Below, in pieces: positions 37,893 to 50,500 of a stretch of DNA of 64,000 bases. The notes beneath the pieces are model-generated. The model did not search any database. It saw only the letters and a list, made by a program, of their open reading frames with translations, and was not told the DNA's origin. Position 1 is the stretch's first letter. Each line of letters opens with the position of its first letter. The translations under genes and the position numbers were made by a program. The DNA comes from Nemertoderma westbladi (lineage: Eukaryota > Animalia > Xenacoelomorpha), in assembly GCA_032718475.1 (NCBI GenBank), contig JAUCBJ010004174.1:1-64000 (forward strand), given 5' to 3'.

Positions 37893-39667
37893 GCCTATTA
37901 AACCCGGAGGGGGTGGGCGGGAGAGGGGGGGGGGGTGGGGGGGGGGGTCAATATGACCTCCCCCCCGTGGTTTTTTTGTTATAACTCTGAAACAAACGCA
38001 GTGGGGAATCTGAAATTTTATGACTTTTCCTAAAAATCTATTGTCTTCCTAATATTGAAAATGGTTTTCAAAAATATTGTGAAGTTTTCGAGTTATGGCA
38101 CCATTTTCTAACCCTACTTTTGGCACTTTTTTTTGAGGCGTTTTTTGAAAATTACATTTCATTAAATATGATTTGTAACATCTCTATTTTTTATTTACAC
38201 CGGTTTTTTGGTGTTTACAATTAGATGGAATTCATATAAATAAATTTAAAAATTTCAAACTTGTTTTTTTCGGCGGGTGCCAATTTTTGTGCCAGCTCCA
38301 AATTTTGAAATATGTCAATTTTGTAAATTGATTTTTGAACCTGTTTTTTTGCGCAATTGGGGTTTTTGGGGTTCTGATTTCGATTGAATATATACGAGTT
38401 GCAACAGGCGAATCAAACTTGTATTTTTCGGCGCTGTTTGTGCAAAATCTGGTTCCAGCACGAAATTTTGAAAATCCATTCAATAGTTCAATTGCTTGTG
38501 ACAACTTATTTCTCGCATTTTAGAGGTTTATGGCGGTTCTGAATTCAACGGAATAAATAATTATCTAACTAGACATCTCAAACTTGTATTTTTCGGAAGT
38601 GGGTGCAAAATTTGGTGCTACTGTAGCACCAAATTTTGAAAACCATCAAATATATCATTTGATTGTGTCACCTTGTTTCTTGCGTTATACGGGTTTGTGA
38701 GGGTTCTGAATTCAATGGAATAAATAATTATCTAACTAGACATCTCAAACTTGTATTTTTCGGAAGTGGGTGCAAAATTTGGTGCTAGCACCAAATTTTG
38801 AAAACCATCAAATATATCATTTGATTGTGTCACCTTGTTTCTTGCGTTATACGGGTTTGTAAGGGTTCTGAATTCAATGGAATAAGTAAAAATTGCATAA
38901 GAGTTTTCAAACTTGTATTTTTCGTCGGTGGGTGAAAATTGTTGTGCCAGCACCAAATTTTTGAAAATAAGCAAACTGATCAATAGATAATATCATCTTG
39001 TTTCTTGCGTTATGCGGGTTTATGAGGGTCCTGAATCCGATGGAATCAATAAACTTGTCAGCAAAGACTGCAAAAATCTCAAACTTGTACTTTTTCGTGA
39101 TGGGTACGAAATTTGGTGCTAGCACCAAAATTTCCATATTACGCCGAAAAATACGATTAGTAATTTATATAATTAGCAATTAGAAATCTATTCAATTAGA
39201 ATCAGCGCCCCAGAAAACCTAAAATTGTGAATTTATAACATCGTATAAGAGAATTAAATATTTTGTGTTCAAGCTGAAAAGTGCTGGTTACTTGCTTTTT
39301 TCATTTTTTGCCTACGTAGAGGACTAAAACAGCCATTTATACTAATCAGATTATTTTTAAATATTTTCCAATGGATTTTAAGCACCAGAAAACCTGTATT
39401 GAAACACGATTAGCCGAAAATTGTAATTTTCAAAATTTAAGAAAATTGTTCACAACTTGTAATTTTGGTGCTGCAAAATAACCATCCCAGTACTTTTTTG
39501 AAATTTTTTTTTGGTCGGATTCAGACTAGTGAAATCTATGTACAAACAAAAAAATCAGACGTTTTCGTTAAGATTTGTAGATTTTAGAGGGAGGGGTCAA
39601 TATGACACCACCCCCCCCCCCCCCCCGGTATTTGTTTTGTACATTTTATAGCCCGGTACTAATAGGG
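37893..39667. mobile_element. piggyBac-like non-autonomous DNA transposon, 1.8 kb
   Basis: TTAA on both sides; imperfect TIRs gcctattaaacccgg / cccggtactaataggg; subterminal ggggtcaatatgac motifs at both ends; internal ~150-bp degenerate tandem repeats; no transposase. Confidence 0.75.
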
Positions 39668-39974
39668 TTAAATAATAACTGCCATGTAAATAAATGTATA
39701 ATAATAAATGTGAAATATCACCGGAGTCGCTTTATTAAACTATTGAGGCTAATGAATGAAAGCAAAAAATAAAATCATGGCTCACCCAGTAAGTGGTCGG
39801 GAAGTGAAACTATCTGTTTCAAATTTCATGCAATCTCATTAAGATTTGTAGAAAAGTATGGGGGAGGTTTTTGTATAACCTGTCCATCCGGACATAGTAA
39901 AATTATAGTAAAATACTTCATTATTGTTGTCGTGGTGGACTAAGTGCTGCGGACATCTCTCTATATACATAGTG

Positions 39975-42020
39975 TTACTACTACTACTACTACTACACAA
40001 TCGGCCTGCTGCAATGAAGCTGCACGCACATTGAGATTCTATGCGGCTTAACAAAAATATATATGCCACCACCATGCACCACATGCAATGCGCATTAAGA
40101 ATGCTATGCCGGATTTTCAACAAAATTGCACCGCCACAACTCCCTATCGCCCATGACTTTCGCGAGATTATCCGCATCTTCAAGGCCACTGTCCTTTCGT
40201 AGGCGTCTCAAGAAAGTCATGGGCTGTCCACCATGCTTATTTTCTCCATGGGACTGCCAAAGCACAAGATAGATTGTGCACAAACTGGTCCTCACGGCGA
40301 AAGCAATGTCCTGCAAACCGGAGGCGGCTTTGTTTAAGTGTCAAGCTTGGGGAACCAATGACACCTCCAATGTTATACTACTACTACTAGGATCGGCATG
40401 CTGCATTGCAGCTGCATTTTTAAGAATGCTGTGCCGGCTTGTCAACAAAATTGCACCGCCACAACTCCCTATCACCCATGACATTTGCTAGATCATCCGC
40501 ATCTTTAAGGCCAGTGTCCTTTAAGATGCGTCTCAAGAAAGTCATGGGCTGCCCACCATGCTTATTCACTCCATGAGGCTGCCAAAGTACAAGATTATAC
40601 ACTGGCTGGTCCTCATGGCGAAAGCAATGTCCTGCAAAGCGGAGGCGATTTTGTTTTAGTGTCAAGCTTGGGGGAACCAATGAGACACCTCCAATGTTAT
40701 ATAGTGTCTGGTTGGAGATGTGATGAGAAGTGGCAACGGATGATGCCGTTAGAGATTTGGTCTATTTTGTCCAATGCTGCATGTGCAGTTGGATTCATCA
40801 ATAGACCAATTCCACCATTGCCACTATCATCTGCTGACGCGAGGGCGAGTCGCCAACCGCCCCCCATGTCCTTAATCAGAACCTCATCAGTCTGTCCAGT
40901 CTGCATTCGGTGCTCTTGAACACCCACTGCGCTAAGAGAAAGCTTATCTGCCAAGGCAGTCAGCTCACCTTGTCGCATTGGGGACCCGAGTGTTAGGGTG
41001 TTTACTGAGGCTAGTCTTGTGACTTGCCTCAGATTCACCAATGGCTTTGTTGGTCGGGGTGGAACATGAGTTATAGTGTTATAGTGTCTGGTTGGAGATG
41101 TGTGCATTGTACTTGACAAAGTGAACCCGACGTAGCATTTTTTGTATCCAAAGATTTGATGTCCTCAGCAGTTGTAGCCCAGCTTGGACTCCCATAGAGG
41201 ATAACTGGTACTTCTGCTGCTCTAAATAATCGGAAAGCCCATTCAATGCTGCCCATGTCTTTCCGTTACGTATTCGAAGGTCCTCACCTGACTTCCGGAT
41301 CCATGATCCCAGGTAACAGAAGTCGTCCATATTCTCAAGCGTACCACCCTTAGAGCTTATACTCATACAATCAGACATTTCCTGAGGACTTTAAAAGTTA
41401 GCTGTCAAAATTTTGGTCTCCCTCTAGTGATTCTGAGAGTACTCCGAAGTCATCCGCAAAGTTCTGCTACCTTGGATCATGGGTTCGTAGGTCAGGTGAA
41501 GATCTCCGAATTCGCAAAGAAAGCCTGATCTGCCGTCCACAAGCTATCCAGGACATGGAAGAGCTGTGTTATCTCATGCTCTTTAAAAGTACGCCTTTTC
41601 TGTGCTGCTCTATGGCAGCCTTTGCTGGGCTCTTGTAGACACCAGATATCTGGACTGGATGGTACAGATATCAGTATGCTGCACAGGGTGCACATTTTTA
41701 CTGCACAACATTGTCTATTGTGCACGCATAAGCAATGAGGCGTTATACAGCTATTAACCAAAATCACCCTGTAGAGACGCAGCCAGAAGTTTGATGTGCA
41801 CTGTTTTCGCCGGCAGGATCAACCTGTACACAACCTTGTGATGTGGTCTGTTGGTGAGAATAGGCGTGATAGGCAGCCACTGACTTTCCTCTAACACCTG
41901 CTCAAGGAGGCCGGACTTGAGAACAGGGTTGAGAACTAGGAAAGTGTATGACTGACCGTGAGATCTGGGGGCTCTATGTTGCTGGGCCAGCCGATACTGA
42001 ACCGATGCTGCTTATGTTGC
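39975..42020 (-). mobile_element. Rearranged fragments of an RTE-like LINE
   Basis: RT pieces FADD (~41449-41460) and DDFCYLGSWI; APE endonuclease N-terminus (LASVNTLTL, VGVQEHR, GGIGLLM); two tandem C-termini (LRFAGHCFR...MGDRELWR) with (TAG)n tails; an inverted third C-terminal piece at ~41770-42020. Confidence 0.8.
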
Positions 42021-42537
42021 TGTAGTGACGGATAGGGGATATAGATCAAAACACCCCCCCCCCCCCCCCCCTCCCCCCCTCCCCGCTGCCTATAAACAAT
42101 ACCAAACTGGCTTCTACTAGTAAGTAGTACAAATAGGCAGATACGATGATTAGTGAAGTGAGAGAGAGAGGATAATGAATAAACATAGTAGATATCAACT
42201 AACTAACAAGCAATGCAACAATGTTACACAGTGTGATAAAGATTTATTATAAGATACGTGAAATTAATTATATTAGTTGAAAGAAAGAAACGTTAGTATC
42301 TATAAACTAAATATAAACACAAAATATTTAAAAATAATTAGAAAATAAATAGCTGAATGCAATGAACTGCGACATGTTCGAGTTGTTAAGGCATTCCGAG
42401 TTGTATTCGAGTTTGGTGAGAAACTTGCAACGATTGTGACGTCAGACAGTCCATGCACATTGAGACAGTAAAGCGAATTAGTAGAATGAAATAGTTGTTA
42501 ACATGAACTATGAGCACATGAACCATGTATAACTCAC

Positions 42538-42571
42538 GAGCTTGAACTGGATATTGAGTGTTTATCAGCAG
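42538..42571 (-). CDS. 34-nt micro-exon of the low-complexity protein gene
   Basis: Acceptor ttactacag; (P)ADKHSISSSS-TC; donor gtgagt. Supplies the phase 1 to 2 switch needed for exon 34916. Confidence 0.7.
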
Positions 42572-42909
42572 CTGTAGTAACAAAAAATAACAATTTTACT
42601 ATAAATAAGTTATATATTATATTACTGAACACAAATCGTAATGCTGGAACTTACTTAAAAATATTGTTTTACCATGGCACCTGGAATTCATACACAAAAC
42701 ATCAGTTTCTAAAAATCCTACGGTGTTCTAACTTTGACCCTTTGCCAAATAGGGGGCATGTAATGGGTATAATGAGGACGTATTTCTCACAATTTATATT
42801 CCAGGATTATAAAGTACCATTATTGACTTCCTGTTGACATTATCAACAGTAAAATATATATGAAACAGTTATTGAACATTGGTAGCGGTAGGAGCAGAAA
42901 GTAACGAAC

Positions 42910-43041
42910 GTTTATGTCTCTGGGCATCTGTTGGGTCATCTTTGGAAATACGTTGAATAATTGATTGCTTAACATCATCAGGGATATCATTTTCCGATGC
43001 GGTCACACTACTAGTCGCACTGGAATAGGTTAGGTCAGTAT
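42910..43041 (-). CDS. Exon of the low-complexity protein gene
   Basis: Acceptor ctttctgtag; DTDLTYSS...AQRHK; donor C|gttcgt; 132 nt, phase 1/1. Confidence 0.7.
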
Positions 43042-43676
43042 CTACAGAAAGCAAGAAGTATAGAAAACAGAGGTAAAACAAGTGAGTGTTAGTGGGACAA
43101 TGAATTCAGAAGAGTTAAAACATTTTATAAACTTACTGTATGGAACTAATTCTAAACAATCGCGTCGAAAAAATTTTGGGTCGGCCAAATGTCTTTTTGC
43201 CATTTTTTACTTATGAAACCTCTGTACACATTTTCTGTTCTACTTTTGAAATGAAACCTTGAGCTCTCTCATGGTACGAAAAGGTGGATTCTGTGAACCG
43301 GGCCAATTTACATTTTACGTAGCTACCAAGCTGAAATGTGAGTATAAGAAGAGCCACACCGTCACACCCGCCCAAGCTTCAACAGGAAAGGCATATAAAA
43401 GGAGCATTCGGGTTGTTTCTGGTATTTCGGAGCCAAAAGAAAGAGAAGCCTACTGGTCATCTCTATATTCGCGTTTCACATGTATAGTTGCATCCAAATC
43501 AGGCCAGACACAGTTTTAGGGGACTGTATATTATTTGGATTTTGTATCTAGTCAAACCACCAGGAGCGAGTTCATAGTAAAACAAAATTACATTTCAAAT
43601 TGAATAATAAAAATGGTACTTCGACAATGGGATTAAGGCTAAGATAATTTTAGGACAATCAATTAATCTGGAATAC

Positions 43677-44972
43677 CTGAGCACGATGCCTCGTTTTTCT
43701 CGTCGTATGTTGTACGTTTATTCTTCAACCATTCCGCCGTTTTCTCTTTACGGAGGATCATTGCAGCGGTCGATGGTGACACTTCATCAACAGCACATAG
43801 GTCATTAACTTGGTCTTCATTCACGGACAGCTTAGAATCGAACATGTTGCTTTTGGCTGACTTATCAGAATGGCGTCTACTTTTCGCTGACTTGTCAGAA
43901 TCACGTCTTCTTTTGGCTGATTTGTCAGAATCACGTCTAGTTTTGTCTGATTTGTTAGAATCGCGTCTACTTTTGGCTGACTTGTCAGAATCACGTCTAG
44001 TTTTGTCTGATTTGTTAGAATTGCGTCTACTTTTGGCTGACTTATCAGAATCGCGTCTAGTTTTGTCTGATTTGTTAGAATTGTGTCTACTTTTGACTGA
44101 CTTGTCAGAATCACGTCTAGTTTTGTCTGATTTGTTAGAATTGCGTCTAGTTTTGTCTGATTTGTTAGAATCGCGTCTATTTTTGGTTGATTTATCAGAT
44201 TCGCGTCTAGTTTTGGCGGATTTATCATTTTGGCGTATACTGTACTGGGATTTGCCAGAATCGCGTCTGCTTGTGGCTGATTTCACCGATTCCAATTCCT
44301 TATTGACTGACTGTGCGGATGGTATGGATTCAGGCCTTACAATCTCTTTACTATCATTCACGCCCAACGATACCGGTTTGCTGCTGCCGGCTGACATCAC
44401 AGATGGTATGGATTGCGGCCTAACGACATCCCACTTATCCGTGGCCGATGCATTGCCGAAGCTGCAAGTGTCCTCGGTCCCGATAACATCCTCACTAACG
44501 TAATTGTTGGGGACGTTTGTGACAGACCCAACAATACTGCTTACTACTTCCTCTAAGCTATAATTATCATTTATTTCCTCTGCAAGAGATTCTTCCTTAC
44601 AGGTTTTAATATCCTCTGCATCAGAATCATCTTTGGCGGATGCAATATCCTCTGGAAGAGAATCAACAGTCGTATCCATATCCTCAGCAATACCACCTTC
44701 TTCACTTCTTAAATCAATCTCTTTCACAGACTTCTCATAGGTATTTTCGTAAGAATCATCGTCTGGCTTGTCTATTTCTCTGACTTTCGAAATTTCTTCA
44801 AAAGTTTCTGAGTAATCTTCACTATCAACTTGTTCCAAAGCAGTATCCAAACCATCCTGTGAGTTTTTTCCTCCTTTGCTGCTTAAAAATGAATCATCGT
44901 GTGCATCTTCGCGAGCACTAAGACTGCCACAATTATCTTCAATTTGATCCATAATATCCATTCTTTTAGAGC
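43677..44972 (-). CDS. Large exon of the low-complexity protein gene: acidic region plus about 14 10-aa repeats (RRDSDKSAKS)
   Basis: 1296-nt open frame, acceptor ctgccatag, donor G|gtattc, 30-bp coding repeats at ~43850-44270. Confidence 0.85.
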
Positions 44973-45221
44973 CTATGGCAGTTAAGTAAAAGGGACGATA
45001 ATATAAAATACAACAAGAAAATACTGACATTAATCACATTAAAATTAAAACAAATACACGACAAATAATTGAAAACACTACATAATAAAGCAAAATAAAT
45101 TAGCTATAAGTAATATTGGGAACGTGAAAAACAGTTATATTAAGAAAGATAATAAAACAAAACAGGAAATTTAAATAGCAGACCATTTGAGGGTACGATT
45201 AAATAACTGGAGTTTACAAAC

Positions 45222-45288
45222 CTTTCTGGGTTTCTTCGTGATCGCTATCAAATGATTCCTTGTCGTAATCGTCCTTGTCGTCTTCAAC
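45222..45288 (-). CDS. Most upstream visible exon of the low-complexity protein gene
   Basis: Acceptor tgtttcag; VEDDKDDYDKESFDSDHEETQK-G; donor G|gtttgt; phase 0/1. No earlier exons were located in the window. Confidence 0.75.
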
Positions 45289-45499
45289 CTGAAACAATAT
45301 TAACTGCTACTGAATGTGTTTACAAATTACTTATCGCAATTTTATAGCAAAATTATATTAAAAGATAATTCAGGTCAATAAATGTAAGCGGATTCAATTC
45401 CGATGCATTATCCACCCGAGAATGGGACCTGTGGCATTTTATCAATATAGTTGGGGATACGAGATTACCAATAATAATCTCGCCTCATAACCAACTTTG

Positions 45500-47450
45500 G
45501 GGGGGGGGGGGGGGGGGGCGACACAAGCCCTAAAGCCACAGAGAGAGGTGAGAGGTCAAACCACCTCGGAGGGAGAACACAGCTAGTAGAGGCTAGCGGC
45601 GGGGGGAAACACTCACAGGGAGTGCCAAAGTGACAATTAGTATATTAGCCAATAGCAGGGGGGGAAGCACGTGAACAGAGATAGGAAAGCATCCACTGGG
45701 TACAGAAGGCCAAGTAGAGTAAGAGGTGAAACCAATATCTGTGTGTATCAATCATATATTATTCTGTATTACTGATTTACCGGTCAGCTCATTAATCACA
45801 GAGTTGCAGACCGGTCATAATTTATGACCGTCACAGCCACCAACATCACCAATTAATATCTGTGTCGGAAGATTAATAGGTCTACTGAGAAACACAAACT
45901 CTATTATTTTCCCCGACGGCCTTCAGCCAAAATGACTATAGTACAACAGCCCCAGCAGAACGGTGATGCGTACTTAATCTAACCTGGTCGGGATCTACAA
46001 TCCTGTCACAGTCATAAACTGCCACCTACAACTGACACTGTGACCGCAACACCAGACAAAGATGAGCGAACAGGAGCCCCGACAGTCAGAGGGAGAAAGA
46101 TCGCCGCCGCGGACCCCGGACGACACCACCCAAACGATCCAAGAGGCCGCGACGAGACGGTATCGGCCTGCCACGCCGGATTTGCCAACGAGGGACGATC
46201 CGGCTATCCAAGCGGAGGGCGGCCGTCAACTACGAGGGAGACGCACGACGACGACGGCGGTCGGATTACCGAAGTCGCCGGCCAGCCACAGGCCGAGGGC
46301 GATGGACGGCCCACCAGAACGGCAATGGTGGGGCCGCCGGTACGACGTCGGACGAAGAGAGAAGGTAGAGTCGACAAAGAGGACGTCGGGACGAGTGATC
46401 GGCTACGCAGGGCCTACAACACCACAAAGAAACTACTCAAAGAGGCTAAGGAAGGGAGAAAGGTAGACCAGTCTAAACTATGCCAGAGGCTAGGTGAGTC
46501 GAATAAACATTTTCGTTATTTGGTCCGTTTTGGACAGCGAGAACTGGTGAGTGAGAGAGCGAGGGGGGTCGTCACGGAACTGTTTGAATTGTGGCGGTCC
46601 GGGGTAATGGAGCCAGACGTAGTGTATGTAGGGCCTTACTAGTGGATGCTAGGGGAATTAAGCTAGTGGGATGGGCGGACCCGCACGACGGCGAACCCGA
46701 GGTTAACCCCGAGGATTCGGTGTTATCAGTTAGCGAGAACCCCAGAAAGCGGGGGAAAGTTAGTAGGACAGAGAGGCGACGGGAGTCCGTCGCGACCGAT
46801 AAGTCCGCTACATCCTCTGCGAATACAAGAAGGGCGTTAGAGATAGATCTGGCGTGTCAACTAGACATTGTGGCGCTGGATCAGAAGGAGTTGGAGAGGC
46901 AACTAGACGAGGGAACCGCATTATTAGAGAGAGAGAGAGAGTTAGCGAGGGAATGTAGAGAGAGAGCTGAGAGGGTGGCGAGAGTGTGGCGAGAAACTGC
47001 AGGGAGCGGGAGGAAAGAGAGATGAGTGAGCGTAAAGAGCGCGAGGAATGGGAGGCGAAAGTAGAAAACGAGCGTAGAGAGCAAGAGGCAAAAGTAGAAA
47101 ACGAGCGTAGAGAGTGAGAGGCAAGAGAAGTAAACGAGCGTAGAGAGCGAGAGGCGAGGGAGGCAGAATTAGCAAACCAAAGTTTGAGAGAGGACAGAGA
47201 GAGAGAGCGGGAAAGCGTATGCGGGATGATATGCATACCCGGTTGAGGGGGCTTATGCAATACCAGGCGAAGCAAAAGCGCCGGTTGGAACTGGCGAAGT
47301 TGGGATTATCGGAGAGTGAGGCTGGTTCAGGTAGTATTTACGAGGAACTGGATGTAATGGAAACCTTTGTTAATACCCCACTTACAGGTACCAGACCACA
47401 GACCCAGGACTGGTGTAACCGTACGGGCGGGGGGAGGGGGGGGGGGGTAA
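45500..47450 (+). mobile_element. Degenerate truncated gag-like remnant (possibly the N-terminal part of a BEL-type gag)
   Basis: Broken purine-rich ORFs at 46062-47464 with EVNPEDSVLSVS, a Ser-rich stretch and an E/R coiled coil; bounded by G-runs. No pol, and no LTR pair was found. Confidence 0.4.
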
Positions 47451-47528
47451 TAATAATACGTTAGAAGGAGTTAATATTAATAGTACCGTAACAGACAACC
47501 CTAATCAAACCTTTGTTGCAGTAAATAA

Positions 47529-50500
47529 TTAGCAAGTCGTTAGACTTGATTACTGTAAGAATTGTTGGCTGATTGATTGACTGGCTGGCTGGCTGACTGA
47601 CTGACTGATCTACAGCCAAAGCTACTCTAACGATTTTTATGAAATTTTCACAGCAGCTAGATACCGCGATTCTAAGGTCCCTGGCATGATCGGCTACTCC
47701 GTCCATAGCCTCTGGGCTCGAAAAATAGACGTAAACGAAAAAACGCCATAGGCGCAATGGTAGAATAACACAAATGACAGCTGGTGTCCTGACGAAAAAT
47801 GGCTTATGTAATGCATTTCAACACAAGGCTTAGTAATAAATCGATGAGGTTGCCAAGATTATTATACTTAGTACACCCATACTGTTTGTTTAGGCCCTAG
47901 GACACTCTGTCAAAGCAAATATTAACTGGTTGATTTAGTTTGTGGTTCTACACAGGCTTAGTATAAATCGGTGAGGCTGCCAACTGGTTGGTTTAGTTTG
48001 CAATCTATTACCGCCTCAGCTGATAACTCTTCCCCCTGCTGAATGACTGTTAGGTACAGTGTATTGGCTACATTAATGCCAACATTAATACAGTGGAAGC
48101 TGTATACTTATAAGGTGGAATGTTTACTCAGCCTTATACTGATACTCTCTCTGTAAGGCTAAGACTAACATTATAGTTTGAAATATAAAAATCACTGCAT
48201 CAGGTTTCAGGTTACACACTGTGGCTAAGGCGGAATGTTTACTCAGCCTCATACTGATAATTTGTAAGGCTAACACTAACATTCAAAATGTTTTGTAAGG
48301 TGAATGACATTTATCGGCTATGATTATTCTCTGGTTACTCACTCTGCTAATGTAAGCTGAATGACTATTACACAGTGTGTTGGCTACAGTAATGCCAACA
48401 TTAATACTGTGGAGACTGTATGTTTATAAAAGTGTATGTTTAATCAGCCACATAATATGATTCTCCATAGGCTAACATTATAGTTTTAAATGTAAAAATC
48501 AATGCTTATTATCTTATCAGGTTACACACTGTGGCATTCAATTCCAAATGTTTTATAGGTGAACGGCATTTAGAATGAATGAAATGTATAGAGATGGCCT
48601 AGTAATGTTATTCAATAGAGGAATGGCCAACTAATTACATCTCAACTCAACTCGAGCGAGTGTAGATCGCATTGTTTGTACAGGACAAACAAACCTCGTC
48701 TGTCATAGACAGAGTGTAAGGCATAGAACAATTACACCATCTGGTTTGGCAACTAAATTCCTTTGTCCTACCTACCGCGTAGCTCAGCATTAGTTGAATG
48801 GACAGAACTCTCCACACCATCTGGTGTATAAACTAAAATACATTGTGTCTAATTGTTTATTTATAAATCTTTTGGCCAACATTAATACTGTGGAGACTAT
48901 GTTTATAAAAGTGTATGCTTAATCAGCCACATAATATGATTTTCCATAGGCTAACATTATAGTTTGAAATGTAAAAATCAATGCTTAATATCTGTATCAG
49001 GTTACACACTGTGGCATTAAAAATGTTTTATAGGTGAATGGCTTTTAGCGGCTTCCCTTCAGACCATAGACAAACATTGTTAAGGAAATTTACTTTAGTT
49101 TACTCTACTGTGCCATTCAGGTGAATGGATTTGAGTAATTGCCAAGTTACAGTGTGGAATCTCTCTCTCTGACCATAGGTAAATAACACTTTCCTTCAGA
49201 CCATAGGCAAACATTGTTGATGGAATTTACATTTGATTGATGACTTCCGACTTCTTAACGGCGTCTTGACGCCGTCTCTAGTTAGGAACCGAGAGGTTCA
49301 TTACTGTAAGAATTGCTCGAGACTGGCTGGCTGACTGACTGACTGACTAATCTACAGCCAAAACTACTCTAACGATTTTGATGGAATTTTCACAGCGGCT
49401 AGATACCGCGATTCTAAGGTCCCTGGTATGTTCCACTATTTCGTCCATGAGCCGTGGGCTCGAAAAATAGACATAAACGAAAAAACGCCATAGGCGCAAT
49501 GGTAAAATAACACCCATGACAGCTGGTGTCGTGATGAAAAATGGCTTATGTAATGCATTTCTACAGAAGGCTTAGTAATAAATCGATGAGGTTGCCAAGA
49601 TTATTATACTCAGTACACCCATACTGTTTGTATAGGCCACCACTCTCTGTCAAAGCAAACATTATGAACTGGTTGGTTTAGTTTGAAATCTAATATCGCC
49701 TCAGCTGAATTACTCTTCCCAATGCAATCTATGGTAATATCTCACTCTGCTAATGTAAGCTGAATGACTGTTACGTACACAGTGAGTTGGCTACATTAAT
49801 GCCAACATTATTGCAAAATGTTTTATTGTTGGATTACTCTCTGTCAGTCACCCCTTCAGAACATTGTATAGGGAATTTACTTTAGTTTACTCTACTGTGC
49901 CATTCAGCTGAATGGATTTGAGCGATTGCCAAGTTACAGAGTTGGATCATTCTCTGACCATGGGCAAAGACATCAAATCTTTTTAAAAATATACTTTTTC
50001 CATGTTTTTTTTCTGACCAAAAATTTCAAAAAAAAATTTTTCGTAGCCAGTACTGCCAATCGATTCGCCATCAAAAATAACGCAAAAAATTTTTTTTGCA
50101 AAATTTTAAATTACTGTAAATTTTTGGCGACTGGGGGGGGTCAATTTTTTTCGATCCGCTATAACTCCGGAACGCTTTGTCCAAATTCGATGGGGTTTTC
50201 ATTTTTCAACTTAATTAGATGTCCTCTTTCAGCCTATCCATGTTTCCAAACCCCAAACAGCGCCGTTCAAAAAATAATTTTTTCCAGTTCTAGAATTTTA
50301 CAAATTTCAAAAAAGTTTCAGTATTTTATTAACGCCTTTACGGAATTCGATAGCGTTTTCGATTTTTATATTAAACGCAATATCCTGAATCTCACTAGCA
50401 TAGTTTCGCGTCACCAACGCCAAGACTTCATACTTTTTGAGGAAAATTTTTCTAGAATAATTTTTATTAAATTACATTTATCGCGATTTCTTATTACTGG

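Noticed and set aside
43140-43530. Possible Tc1/mariner-type MITE end (ggggactgta) and 86-aa ORF
   Set aside because: No convincing partner TIR or transposase motif was found.
43821-44503. Alternative-frame and antisense ORFs, including a Leu-rich one
   Set aside because: Shadows of the 30-bp coding repeat in the real exon; the same applies to 34401-34847.
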